Assembly: GCA_951406725.2 (NCBI GenBank) | Contig: OX597822.1 | Span: 76,260,001-76,324,000, forward strand | Source of the DNA: Octopus vulgaris | Taxonomy: Eukaryota | Direction: 5' to 3' | DNA length: 64,000 bases | Shown here: piece by piece, positions 26,208 to 40,460 of the stretch | Layout: each line of letters opens with the position of its first letter | Numbering within the stretch: the first letter of the stretch is position 1 | Translations under genes and position numbers: made by a program | The notes under the pieces: model-generated | What the model saw: only the letters and a program-made list of their open reading frames with translations | Told to the model about the DNA's origin: nothing | Databases searched by the model: none

Positions 26208-26802
26208 TGTGTATGTGTGCGTGTGTATTCTTTTACATGTTTCACTCATTTGACTGCGGCGATGCTGGAGCACCGCCTTAAAAGGTTTTTAGTCAAGGGA
26301 ATCGAAACCAGGACTTATTCTTTGTAAGCCTTAGTGCTTATTCTATCGCTGTCTTTTGCCGTAAGTACGACAATTCAAATAAACAATAAAACAATGAAAC
26401 AATGGACGAGAGATGACACTGGGCAATCGATGAGCTGACAATACAGAGGAAGAATGAATCCATAGGTGGCTGGGTGGGGCAAAATAAGCAGCCAGAGATA
26501 ATCACAACAGCAATAACAACAGCAACACCAGTGTACGTTACATAGATTACAACACGTTGTGTAGTTTGTACAAATCGTCCTTCGCCAACCGCCGAGTGTT
26601 ATCTATTCTATAGGATTGTTTCAGTGGATCGCTTTTAAAGAATTTCTTTCCGCCTGTGGGATAAGAAGCTTGATTCCCAACAACATGGTTCCGGGTTCAG
26701 TCCCACTGCATGGCACCTTGAGCAAATGTCTTCTACCATAGTCTCGTGAGTGGATTTGGTAGACGGAAACTGAAAGAAGCTTGTCGTATATATATATATA
26801 TA

Positions 26803-27101
26803 TCTTTATATATAAAAGTATGGTTGTGTGTCTGTCTCCTACGATTTAGATTCCTAACTACTCCCACATTTTGCGGTGCAGTTTAACCAAAACCGGGTAT
26901 CTTATAGTCGTGATTCATATCGAGTCCTTCTGGGTATTAGTGCGCGTCTACGATGAGTCTACGATTTTAAAAAAGATTTACCATAATTTTTTCCCATTTT
27001 AAATGCATTTTTTTGCTGTTATATAAGGGAAGTAACTCTCTAAAAATGCTTATATAGTTATTTCCCTTACAAACCCGTGCAACGCAGGGCGATACTGCCA
27101 G
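26803..27101 (+). mobile_element. Non-autonomous Helitron inserted in the (TA)n tract after a SINE-A head
   Basis: 5' TCtttatatataaaag; 3' hairpin cccgtgc-aac-gcaggg then gatactgCCAG (CTAG variant); A|T insertion site, no TSD. Confidence 0.75.
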
Positions 27102-27358
27102 TATATATATACGAAGAGGTAGCTTCGATTTTTCCAATGTTTGTTTCCATTACTGGCTACAAACTTTTGGTGATCTGCATCAGCCAGCATTATGAAGTAA
27201 CTCCGAACTCCCAGAAACAGCTGTCAGACTTGTGAAACCATACTTTCTCCATTCTAATTCTTTTAGCCTATGTAATCTGAGTAATTAGATTACATACCTA
27301 CCTACCTACCTACCTACCTACCTACCTACCTACCTACATACATACATACATACATACA

Positions 27359-27394
<36 letters not shown>

Positions 27395-28071
27395 TACATA
27401 CATACATATTTATATGTATATACATTTATATACATTTACATATATATATATTTATATGTATATACATTTATATACATTTACATATATATGTGTGTGTATG
27501 TGAATATATATAGAGAGAGAGAGACGATAAGAAATGGAGCAATAATTAACAATGAGAAGTGGATCATTTGTATTTTAAAGTCATTGTTTAATTAAATTAG
27601 GAGTATATTAGCAACTGTTTCTCTTTATCAAAATGGAGGTAAATTTGCATTTACCCCGTTACAACTGATAAACATCTTCAGAACAATTATATGGCAAAGA
27701 TAACCTCTAACTTATATATATATATGTATTTGTTTTTGTATGTATGTATGTATGTGTTTATACTTGAATATCAATTATCTGAAAATATGTCAATCTTTCT
27801 TTTCTCTTTATTTCCATGTATATATGTACATATATTCACAGCCAAGGGGTTTTATCATTGTTTCCATATATGTTCACTCGGATTCGCTTTATAACCATTC
27901 CTTTACCCGGCTGACTTGGTCCTCGGTAAAGGTTTTGGAGAAAGTTCAAATCTTTTGAGAACTACCGTTTTCTATATAAAGGTTCTTTGATTTCATCTGT
28001 TAACTCTGTCTTTCCCTCTCTCTCTCCCCGTATATACATGTATATATATATATATATAATTATATATATAT

Positions 28072-28522
<451 letters not shown>

Positions 28523-28886
28523 TTATATATATATATATTATGTGTGTGTGTGTATAAACATTTACATAGATAGTTTACGGAGACACCCATCTGGTGATAT
28601 TGTTTATTTTTCACTTAGCTGGGAACCTTCCATGCGTTTGAATCTGGGGTCTGTAGTCGACTGTGGAATATGTGCTGTGAATGTACTCCTGTGTGACGTT
28701 GATAACACGTTGTGTATTCAGTCAGTTACTTGTAGATATATGCATAACTGAAAGGACAAAACCTGTTATCACTTTAGTAAACACGTATGGGTCAGTACGC
28801 ATTATTGGTAAATAAGTGCACTAACCCCGACCTTCGTGCTTTCACTATTTAAATACCTGATTCTTTCGGATCCTGAAAATTTTATT

Positions 28887-28971
<85 letters not shown>

Positions 28972-29149
28972 AATGTATGTGTATTTTTTCAATGTGTACA
29001 AATAACACGGAAAATAAATAAATAGTTACCATGGTTGCAAAAATTCACATAAGTACCAAAGATGTAACAGCCTACTTATAAAGGTAGAAATTCCAGGGTT
29101 TACTGAAATGATTTTGTATAACATAAATAAATATAGAAATGGAATTAAA

Positions 29150-30130
29150 CGCAGGTGTTATTCAAATCTTTATACTTCCGACACAGGTTTCGAAGAAAAC
29201 ATTGGTATCATTCCAGAAGGAATAAAATGATGTAAAACAATGCAATTTTCTCGCCAGAGAAAAAAGAAAAGAAACCGAACACATCAATAAGACATTTTAA
29301 CAGAATGTGATGACTGCATATATGATGAAAGGAACGCTGGCAAGATATTTTTTTTTTAAACGTTAATCGATATAACGTAATAGGCAATTTATAGAAAGAG
29401 AAAGAGAAAGAAAAAATGAACAGAACTAATTGTGGAGAAATATAGAGCGATATGTGAATAGGAATAAAGATTAAAGGAAATAGATATATTTAGTGGAAAT
29501 GAAATGTAAGAAGACAGTTAAAGGTCGAGTTCTATAGATTGGTAGAATTTACTTATAGGAACTTAGGGTATGTCTTTGCTAATGCTTGCAACGATAAACG
29601 CGTTCTTTAAACGTGTGTACAAGAGGATTCTCTGATGAAATGCAGTTCATCGTTACAGAGTGATCAAAAAGATTTACCTTTATCATAAGGAAAGGACTTA
29701 GAATATTCTATTCTAAATCAGATTGTTTATTATGTTCCTTAAGAGATTAAATTAATTTACTAGGCCCAATATTGTTGCGTTTTTGTTAATTCTAAATGTA
29801 GAGTAATGGTTAGATATTTTTTCGGACAACTGAGATGAAGAACTACCTATGTAGAAAGAGACGTCAGAACCTGAAGTAATTTTACATAGATAAACAGAGT
29901 TTCTAGTCTCAGAATTACTGATAAAGAAACGAATGCGATTGGAATTTATATTAGAAATACTAATAGCATATCGGATTTAAGCCTAAGCTAAAACATGATA
30001 CTGCTCACAGACCGTAAGGCTTTCGGAATAATTAAAAGTAAACCTATAAGAGATGGATTTGCTTCAGGCTGTAGAGTATTGATGCCCATAACGCCTTCGG
30101 TATAGCAAAAAGGATAAAACCCCATAAAAA
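29150..30130 (-). mobile_element. Second, older Penelope-like fragment (GIY-YIG plus pseudo-LTR relic)
   Basis: Minus strand 29980-29600 reads RYAISISNINSNRIRFFISNSETRNSVYLCKITSGSDVSFYIGSSSSQLSEKISNHYSTF...SLCNDELHFI, colinear with 8160-8520; decayed hammerhead (CTGGCGA..GAAAC..GTC) at 29257-29180. Confidence 0.8.
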
Positions 30131-30744
30131 CTCATATCCTTCTTAAATTCATGAATTTCTGGTAGTTTGCTTCTGAACCACATGGTTCCAGGTTCAGTCC
30201 CACTGCATGCCGCTTTGAGCAAGTATTTTCTGCTATAGCCTTGAGATGACTAAAGCCTTATGAATGATGGATATGATAGACAGAACTTGAAACGGCCCAT
30301 CGTACACAAAGACATACACACACAATACACTCAGAAGTGAGCATGCGTGCCTGTGTTTCTGTGTGCGTGTATGTGTGTGTGTATGTTTATCTCCCATGAC
30401 CGCCTGACAACCGGCGTTGGTGTGTTTATGCCCCGTAATTTAGCGGTCCGGGAAAAGAGACCAATAGAATAGAAATCAAGTTTTAAAGAAATAAGTCCTG
30501 AGGGCGATTTGTTTGACTGAAATTCTTTACGGTGATGCCCCAGCATGGCCGCAGCAAAAGTATAGGTATACGGCGGGCTTCCGTTCAGTTTCCGTGAACT
30601 AAATTCACTTACAAGGAATTTTTCGATCCGTGACTACCGTAGAAGACACTTAACAAGGATGCCGTGCAGTAGGATCGAACCCAGTGACACGTGGTTGTAA
30701 AGCGAGCTTCATAACCACACAGTCATGCCTGCGCCTATAATTTC

Positions 30745-31122
30745 TTTTATTTGTTTCAGGGATTTGACTGCGGCTATACTGGAGCACCGCATTTGGTCGA
30801 ACAAATCGACTCCAGGACTTATTCTTTGTTAGCCTACTACTTATTCTATCGGTATCTTTTGCCGAACTGCTACGTTACGGGGAAGTAAACACACCAACAT
30901 CGGTTGTCAAGCGATGGTGGGGAGCGGGACAAACACAGACACAAGCATATATACATATACACATACATACGACGGGCTTCTTTCAGTTTCCGTCTACGAA
31001 ATCCACTCACAAGGCTAAGGCTATTGTAGAAAATATTTTCCCAAGGTGCCATGCAGTGGGACTGAACCCGGAACCCTGTGGATGGGAAGCAAGCTCCTTA
31101 CCACAGAGCCACTCCTGCGCCT
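30745..31122 (-). mobile_element. SINE family A, full length
   Basis: Tail, linker and head present; further copies at 30160-30735. Confidence 0.88.
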
Positions 31123-31299
31123 ATAATATTCATATCTATTAAATAAATACTGCACGAGGGAAGAGATTTTCAGTGAGAGATTCATAATCGATTGTATTGA
31201 TAACCAATACCTGATTGGAACTTATTTTGTCGATCATAAGAGATGGATTAGGGAAGTCGATCCGGCAGGATTTGAACCCAGAGCCTAACGAAATACAGT

Positions 31300-31360
<61 letters not shown>

Positions 31361-31541
31361 ATACGGGTGTGTCTGACACTATGTATATCAGTTTTAACGT
31401 TAATGTGCTGTGTGTGTATGTGCGTATGCATGTACGGATATGTATTTGACTTGTATGTAAATACGTTGATATACTGTATGTGTGTGTGTGTGTGTATGTG
31501 TGTTAGTTTATATATATAAATATGTTTAATATGTATTGTGT

Positions 31542-31579
<38 letters not shown>

Positions 31580-31639
31580 TATGAATGTATGCGAATACTT
31601 GTAACCAGCGTGTGTATATATATTAAGAGTACGTATACT

Positions 31640-31868
31640 GATAAACAAAAGTGTGTTGTAAGATAGTAAGAACGAAGTAAAGAACGAAAGAAACCGAGAG
31701 AAGGAGAGAGAGAGATCGAAAGAAAGCAAGCGAGCGACAGAAAGAGAGAGAGAGAGAGACAGGAAGCAAGAGAGAAACAGAGGTAAAGAAAGAAAGAGAA
31801 AGAGAGAGAGATTAGAGCGGGCTTGGATTTTTGTCCACTTAACTTTTGTTTTTGTTTTTTTATGTAAG

Positions 31869-31914
<46 letters not shown>

Positions 31915-32200
31915 AAGAAAGAAAGAAAGACAGAATGACATGACATTGAGTGTAAGTGAGAGTAAGGGTGAGCCAGGATATAGAGAGTGAGTGAAGGAAC
32001 CAGCGAGAAGGTGAATGAGTGAGGAGTAGAGGTGAGTGAGTTGTTAGGGTGCCAGTGAGTGAGTGAGTGAGTGAGTGATTGAGTGAGTGAATGAGAATGT
32101 GAGTGAGAGAGTGAGTGAGTGAGTGAATGAATGAGTGAGTGAGTGAGTGAGCGAACGAGTGATTGCTTCCTTCAGTTGTATTGGTTTGTGTGTCGGAGGA
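31640..32200 (+). promoter_or_regulatory. Candidate promoter/TSS region of the downstream gene
   Basis: GA and (GAGT)n tracts followed by Inr-like TCAGTT at 32172-32177; no recognisable SINE from about 31300 to 34480; inference only. Confidence 0.25.
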
Positions 32201-32689
32201 AGAGTTTCGAAGGAAGATTAACATATAAATATACAATATATATATACACACACACACACACATACACATACACACTTACACACATACACACTTACACACA
32301 TATATACACACACACTTATACATACACATCCGCTTACACACAAAAAATAAATAAATATATAAAATACACATGCACAGAAGCTAACACAAACGTATATACA
32401 CACACTCAGTCACGCCCTCGCGAATACACACACACACACACATACACACAAAAAACACACACACATACATAAAAACGCGCGCACACGGGCGGAATATGAA
32501 TGCACGCACGCATACATGAAAAAAAATTGATAAAAACTACTTGCATAGAGAAACACACACACACACACACACATTTAAACACACACGCATACACTTACAC
32601 ACAGACACATACATACATACATACATACGCAGCACCAGGCATGGACGATTCGCCTTCAGCGCTACAACGCCATCGCCATCGCTGCCTCT

Positions 32690-32764
32690 GCCTCTGCCTC
32701 CGCCACCGCCGCCGCCGTTCCCCTCAGTACAACTGCTACCACCACCACCACCACCACCACCACC

Positions 32765-32817
<53 letters not shown>

Positions 32818-33328
32818 CAATAGTAAAATAAACGTTTAACTATCACAGCAGTCACAACCAGGATTACTGTTAACACTGTTTGATACCGGCGATGTTTTCA
32901 TCATCATCATCAGCATCATCAGCATCAATAGTATCAGCAGCAGCAGCAGCAGCCGCAGCAGCAGCAGCAGCATTATTATTATCGTCGCTATCGTGGTCGT
33001 GGTCGTGGTCGCCGTCGTCGTCTTCACAGTCGCCGTCGTCGCCGTCTTCACCGTCGTCGCCGTCATCGTCGTCGTCGTCGTCATCGACATTATTATCGTT
33101 ATAGCTTTGGTCGTTTACTTACTTACTTCGTCGGCTCTTTCGCCTTCAGTCGACATCGTCGCCAAAAGACGGCGATGCACAAACAATCAAAACAACAACA
33201 AGAACAACAACAACAACAACAACAACAAGAGGAGGAAATACAAATACACTAGCAAAAACAACAACAGCAACAATAACAACACAAACAACAATAACAGTCA
33301 CAACAACAACAACAACAACAACAGCAAC
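32690..33328. repeat. Trinucleotide repeat cluster (CAC, AAT, CAT, CAG, GTC, AAC) in a probable 5'UTR
   Basis: Directly visible. Confidence 0.9.
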
Positions 33329-33695
33329 ATGAGAAAAACCACAAGCAGTCGGTACAGCAACAGACTGCACGCCAGCATGCGATCTGTGTGGTTGATTTCG
33401 CTGGAGGTGTTGTTTATCGTCGGCACCCTAGTTCCAAACCTTTCTGAAGGTTTGGTCCAAGCCCAGGACATTTACCTACCAAATTCTGCAGGACGTCAAC
33501 CGGCTGCACGGCCATCGCCGCCACCACCACCAGCAGCAGAAGCAGCAGCAGCATCATCATCGTCAGCTGGTAGAAGACGTGGTGGTGTTGATGTTCACGT
33601 TGGTGATGCTGATGATGTTGATGCTGATGATGATGATCGTGGAGGAAATGTACATACCTACAAGGATAACCGTAATATAGTTGCTTTTTTCCAAG
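33329..33695 (+). CDS. Probable first coding exon of a secreted or cell-surface protein (signal peptide, low-complexity spacer, phase-1 donor)
   Basis: ATGs at 33329 and 33377; MRSVWLISLEVLFIVGTLVPNLSEG resembles a signal peptide; unique sequence ends VHTYKDNRNIVAFFQ at CAAG|GTAATG; no downstream exon recognised in the window. Confidence 0.65.
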
Positions 33696-33831
33696 GTAAT
33701 GTATATACAAATATATAAATATAGATATATATAGTACACGGACTTTTTGTTTTGTTCTGTTTTGGTAGTTTTTATGTTTATATATATATGAATATTTCTT
33801 TGCCTTTCATGTATTTCAAAACTAACTTTAT

Positions 33832-33834
<3 letters not shown>

Positions 33835-33876
<42 letters not shown>

Positions 33877-33937
33877 GTATATATATAAAATACATTATGT
33901 ATTTGTTTTTGAGTGTGTGTTTATATATAAATATAGA

Positions 33938-34035
<98 letters not shown>

Positions 34036-34172
34036 TACATGTATATATATATATTTACATGTATACATGTATATATATATATATATATATACATGTGCAT
34101 ATATATATATATATATATGTATATACATGTATATATATATATATATACATGTATATATATATATATATATGT

Positions 34173-34254
<82 letters not shown>

Positions 34255-34439
34255 ATATATATATATACATTTATATATATATATATATGTATGAAGGTGT
34301 GCTATTGTGTGTGTATGTATACATTGACGTTGGGTCATCGCTGTATAGCTGTTTGGTCAATGTGTGTGTGTGTATATATAAGTATGTATGTATGTGTATT
34401 TACATACATAGGTGCGGCACGTATGTATGTTTGTATGTA

Positions 34440-34490
<51 letters not shown>
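33835..34490. repeat. (CA)n/(TA)n/(TATG)n microsatellite field
   Basis: Directly visible. Confidence 0.95.
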
Positions 34491-34495
<5 letters not shown>

Positions 34496-35077
34496 GATTC
34501 GTGCGTGGTTGGGTGATTAAGAAACTCGCATCGCGACCACGATGTCCCGAGTTCGATCTGACTACGAGTCCCCTTCGACAACTGTGTTTTTAGCAGAGAG
34601 TCGGATCGAGCTAAGCCTTGCTAATGTAACTGAATGGAAGGAAACAGTAAGGAAGCCCATTAATTTAAAAGGGGTAGTCTTGTCACACTCTCTGTCAAGC
34701 TGATTCTGCAGGTGTATTATTATATCAAGTGTATGTGAGATACTCAACCACATTCACTTATAATGCAACAAGTAGGTATTTCCGTTGGTCGAATGACTGA
34801 AACACACATCGTCGTAAGCGACGAAGACCCTCTTTCTTTTCTTGTATTATTTACATGTAGGCGGTTATAGAGTCGGATAAATAGCCTTGGAGTATTTAGT
34901 TCCGGCTCTCTACTATCTAGGTTCAAATCGCAGCGAAGTCATCATTACTTTTCCTTCTCTCAGGGCTGGTCGATATATAAAGTACCAGAGTCCAGCTGTA
35001 AGATCGATACTTGTCTGCTTGTCTCTCTTACTCTCTCTCTCTCTCTCTCCCTCTCACTCTCTCTCTCCCTCTCTCTT

Positions 35078-35117
<40 letters not shown>

Positions 35118-35368
35118 GCACACACTCTCACTCTCGTATTAATTCTTGAGCAATCAGCTTTATTCAGACCCCTGGACAGGGATGAGTTCCTTCTGTCAGT
35201 TTTCATGTATCACGATGGTGTCACCACAATTCCATCAGGAGCTGAAGCCCCAGTAACCCAGCGCCCCAGGGAGTCAAAGATTATATGTGTGTGTGCGTGT
35301 GTAATATGTATATGTATGTATATATATATGTGTGTGTATGTATATATGTATATATATATGTATGTATG

Positions 35369-35405
<37 letters not shown>

Positions 35406-35499
35406 ATGTTTATATGTATATATATACATGTATGTGTATATATATATATATGTGTGTGTGTGTGTATGTATATATATATATATATATTACCGTTTGCTT

Positions 35500-35955
35500 G
35501 TTGCAGTCATTAGACTGCGGCCATGCTGGAGCACCGCCTTCAAGGATTTTTGATTGAATGAATCGATCCCCAGTACTTATCATTTTTTTTAAAGCCTGGT
35601 ACTAACTCTATCGGTGCCCTTTATCGAACCGCTATGTGTGGTAACATAAACACATCAACGCCGGTTGCCAAGCGGTGGTGGGGACAAACACCGATATTAA
35701 GACACAGACACAGTCCGACAGTCAAATACACACACACGCAGACACATATGTATTTACACACACACGCACAAACACAGACACACATATATATATACGACGG
35801 GCTTCTTTCAGTTTCCTTCTACCAAATACATTCACTAGGCTTTGATCGGCTCGCGGTTATAATGGAAGATACTTGCCCACGGTGTCATTCAGTGGGACTG
35901 AACCCGGAACTATGTGGCTGGAAAACAAGCTTCTTACCACACAACCACGCCTGTA
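35500..35955 (-). mobile_element. SINE family A, diverged full length
   Basis: Tail, linker and head recognisable. Confidence 0.85.
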
Positions 35956-36739
35956 CATGATATAAAAGACCATCATTGTCCCGAGTTCGATCCACACTGA
36001 TGCTTGCTTTGGTCTTTGCTTATTTACAACTTATTTTTCAGGCGAAGAATCATTACAAGAGCCAGAAATACGCCGCATGTTATCCATTCCATAAACTTCA
36101 ATACATACTTCACCGATAAACTGGTCCTATACTTTGCAGTTTGCTTAAAGACTTGAAAATTCAGCTCCCACGCTGATGAGCGCGGGTTCAATTTCCGGTG
36201 AAAGCCATTCATTCCATTAACCCAGAAATAAACACATATGAAATGCATGAACGTTACGCATTCCCCTTTTGACACCGTCTATAGAACCATGTTTTTGTTG
36301 TTTTACACCTGTTTAAGAAATCACCATGACTATTAGGTTACGTTCAGTTCTTAGCAACCCAAATCTCTACGATACGGTTTCGAATTCCGACCGGAAACAT
36401 TTCGTTTCATTTTGTTTCACTTACAACGCTTATGTCATTAGAAAATGCACGAATGCAATATTTTCAATATTTCATCTACGTGTTTTAGTCATTGGACTGC
36501 GGCCATACTGGGGTACCAACTTGTTGAGTTTTGTCGAACAATAATCCCAATGTTATTTATTTATTTATTTATTTATTCATTTATTTATCTATTTATTATT
36601 TTGAAGTCTTGTCCTTATATTATCGTAAAATTTTTCCCGAACTCGTAGGTTACGGGGGTTATAAACAAACCAACACCTATCGTCAAAAGGGTGGGGTGAT
36701 AAAAACAAACACAGACACAAATACGTACATATATATATA

Positions 36740-37161
36740 GGCGCAGGAGTGGCTGTGTGGTAAGTAGCTTGCTTCCCAACCACATGGTTCCGGGTTCAGT
36801 CCCACTGCATGGCACCTTGGGCAAGTATCTTCCACTATAGTCTCGGGCCGACCAAAGCCTTGTGAGTGGATTTGGTAGACGGAAACTGGAAGAAGCCCGC
36901 CATATATATATGTGTGCGTGTGTGTGTGTGTGTCAATGTTTGTTTGTTTGTGTCTGTATTTGTCCCCCCCCCCCCACATCATCGCATAACAACCGTTGCT
37001 GGTGTGTTTGCGTCCCCGTAACTTAGCAGTTCGGCAATAAAACACCGATAGAATAAGTACTAGACTTACAAAGAATAAGTCCTGGGTTCCATTTGTTCGA
37101 CTAAAGGCAGCGCTCTAACATGTCCGCAGTCAAATGACTGAATCAAGTAAAAGTATAAAAG

Positions 37162-37162
<1 letters not shown>
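36740..37162 (+). mobile_element. SINE family A, full length
   Basis: Starts ggcgcaggagtggctgtgtggtaag; ends ...gactgaatcaagtaaaag. Confidence 0.92.
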
Positions 37163-37258
<96 letters not shown>

Positions 37259-37411
37259 GCGACGGTCTTCCATATAGCTTCCATGATCCTTTTCATGGCC
37301 TCAAAGATTGGAGGGAATAATTAGGTGTCCTTAAACCGGAAATATACCCTCAGAGTTTACCAACAATTTTGGACACTGCTAAAAGTCTGTTCGCTAAATA
37401 CAAATAACTTC

Positions 37412-37558
37412 AGGATTATTCTTTGTAAGCCTAGTACTTATTCTATCTGTCTCTTTTGCCGAACCACTACGTTACGGGGACGTAAACACACTAACATCAG
37501 TTGTCAAGCGATGTTGGGGGAAGACAAACACACAGATATATATATATACATATATATG

Positions 37559-37590
<32 letters not shown>

Positions 37591-37710
37591 CGACAAGCTT
37601 ATTTCAGTTTCCGTCTATAGTAGAAGATAGTGGCCCAAGGTGCACGCAGTGGGACTGAACCCGGAACCATGTGGTTCGTAAGCAAGTTACTTACCACACA
37701 GCCACTCCTA
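37412..37710 (-). mobile_element. SINE family A, internally deleted
   Basis: Head and part of the tail arm, inverted relative to 36740-37162. Confidence 0.85.
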
Positions 37711-37807
37711 CATTATTCTTTTAATCTTATAAATAAAATATTGTCGTCATCGTTGTCGTCGCCAGCATCACCACAACCACCATCATCATCATCATCATCA
37801 TCATCAT

Positions 37808-37856
<49 letters not shown>

Positions 37857-38415
37857 TTCGTCGTTGTAGTCGTCAGTAGCCGGTTATTTCTTTGGCGTCA
37901 CACACAATGGGATGTTGTGATGTTCATGCCGATGTTATAATTTTTTTTTTTTTAAGAATTGTTTCTTTTTCTAGTAACATAAATATGGAAGGTTCTGATG
38001 AGGGACAAAACTCAGCTTGCTAACAACACACACATACACATATTCACATGCACACACATAAACGCGCGTGCACACTTACACAGCACAGACTAACTCACGT
38101 TCACGCATACACATAGACGTACATACACATGCGCTCACGCAAACACATAAACCACGCGCGCACACACACACACACATGCACACACGGACATATATGTATA
38201 CACATGCACACGCACAAACGCGTAGACACGCACACATACATACTTACACACACGCACGCACACGCACGCACATACGCGCAGAAACATACGCTCACATATA
38301 CACGCATACACACGAGCACACACACACACATATAGGCGCAGAAACACAGGCTCACACATACTCGCATACACACGAGCACACACACACAGACGCAGAAACA
38401 TACGCTCACACACAC

Positions 38416-38479
<64 letters not shown>

Positions 38480-38559
38480 CTGCTTACAACTATTCTTCCT
38501 TCGACAATCATTACAAAGATTATTTTGAACTAAACATCGATATTCTTTTATTCTTTTAT

Positions 38560-38975
38560 TCTTCAGCTCGTCTCAGTCATTAGACTGCGGCCATGCTGGA
38601 GTACCGGCTTAAAGAATTTTAGTTGGATTAATCGACCCCAGTACACTGTTGTTGCTTTTTTTTTTAACATGGTCCTTATTTTATCGGTCACTTTTGCCAG
38701 GGATGTAAGCACGCCAACACCGGTTGTCAAACGGTGGTGGAGAACAAAACAAACACAGACAAAAAGACACTCACACATATACACACATACACACACAAAT
38801 GTATATATATATATATACACACACGATGGGCTTCTTTCAGTTTCCGTTTGCCAAATCCACTCACAAGGCCTTGTTCTGCTCGAGGCTATAGTAGAAGACA
38901 CTTGTGCAAGCAGCCGTGCAGTGGGACTGAACCCGGAACCATGTGCTTAGGAAGCAAGCTTTTTACCACACAGCT
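38560..38975 (-). mobile_element. SINE family A
   Basis: Tail, linker and head recognisable. Confidence 0.85.
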
Positions 38976-39357
38976 TTACATTAGTTTCCTAGGATTCTAT
39001 TTCCCGCCAATTAAAAATATATATCTTTTTAATTAGCATATAATTAGCATATAATAGGATTCTGTGACACTCATGCCTGTCCGCAAAGCATTTACTAACC
39101 GTAGTAAAGAGTGGACCACATAGTCGGGCTTATTCTGAAAACATGTTTATTGTATACCCACAATTTGGAGGAAGGTGATTAGTTGATTACACTGAACCCA
39201 GATATAGACTGGTCCTATTTTATCGACCCCAAAGTCGAAGGTAACCTCGACAGGATTTGAACTCAGAACGTAAAAACTCGGAAGACATTTTTGGACATTC
39301 TAACGGTTTTACCCATAATACTTTCTAATTTAAGAACAAGAGCCAGGAATTTGTGAG

Positions 39358-39399
<42 letters not shown>

Positions 39400-39579
39400 G
39401 AGAGAGGGAGAGAGAGAGAAAGAGAGAGAGAGATGAGAGACAAGCCGACTATATCGATTCCTGTGTATAACTGGTACTTTATTTTATCGACCCTTAATGG
39501 ATAAAAAACAAACTTGATCTCATGGGACATGAAAATAATAATTCTCTCACATTTTGACTCAGAGCCAGTAATTTTAGAG

Positions 39580-39886
39580 CAATGGTTCTCAGACTTTTTC
39601 GGGCTGCCGCAACTCCCCCTTGGCACTCGGGCCGCATTCCTGGCGCCGTACCACCCCTCCCCCACCACTCACCACCTCAAACACAGACCACTTTCTGCAG
39701 CAAATGCAAAACAACTGCATTTCACAAATAAAACTTAATCTAAATAACCCATTACTTTATTGTTTTTGCATCCATCGTCTCCGCCTTTTGGCCACACCGT
39801 TATCGACCCCCACGTTTCATTAGCGCCCCCTCTGGATCTCTCCACTGCCTCCAGCGGGTTGGTACTGCCCACTTTGGAAACCACTG
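39580..39886. mobile_element. hAT-like MITE
   Basis: TIRs caatggttctca / tggaaaccactg; 8-bp flanks ttttagag / ctatagag. Confidence 0.7.
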
Positions 39887-40008
39887 CTATAGAGGAAGGA
39901 ATGTAGTCAAATACATCGACCCCTGTACTTGTCTAGTACTTTATTTTACGGATCCCGAAAGGACGAAAGGCAGAGTTGACATCGTCGGGAACATTAGTAA
40001 CAACAACT

Positions 40009-40460
40009 ACGCGGTTTCGATTCCCAGACCGGGCATTGTGGGTGTTTATTGAGCAAAAATACCTAAGCTTCACGAAACTCCGGCGGGGGGCGGTGGTGAA
40101 CTCTGCTGTACTCTTTCACTACAACTTTCTCTCACTCTTTCTTCCTACTTCTGCCACAAAGCAGAGGAACCATGGTGTAACCCACCATGGTGTGGTAAAC
40201 TTTCAGACCCTAGTCTAGATTGCAAATCCTCTGTACCCCAGAGTAGTTCAGCTCTCCACCCGTTAAAAGCCGCTGTTTACGGAATGAGGATAACAACGTA
40301 GCTTTCGCACCCGTACAACCGCTAGTCTATCGCATGTGATGGGTGGATCTTCAAGTTGCCACACGCATTCTTAGTAGCTTAGAGTAGGCTCGAATTAGAG
40401 ATTATTCTTTGTGGTTAATGGCGTGAGTCCTGATAAGAAGAACAACAACAACTACTACAA
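40009..40460 (+). mobile_element. SINE family C, tail type 2 (5' end clipped)
   Basis: cgcggtttcgattcccagaccggg head remnant; body matches the reverse complement of 62635-63144; ends in (AAC)n. Confidence 0.85.

Noticed and set aside
32993-33328. GTG-initiated poly-Val transmembrane extension of the CDS
   Set aside because: Built from (GTC)n and (AAC)n repeats with no ATG; more simply explained as UTR
36010-36470. Possible Tc1/mariner transposase relic
   Set aside because: Only vague motif resemblance, with no TIRs or intact catalytic motif
36740-36810. tRNA genes at SINE heads
   Set aside because: A/B-box-like motifs are present, but I could not fold a complete cloverleaf and each head continues into SINE body
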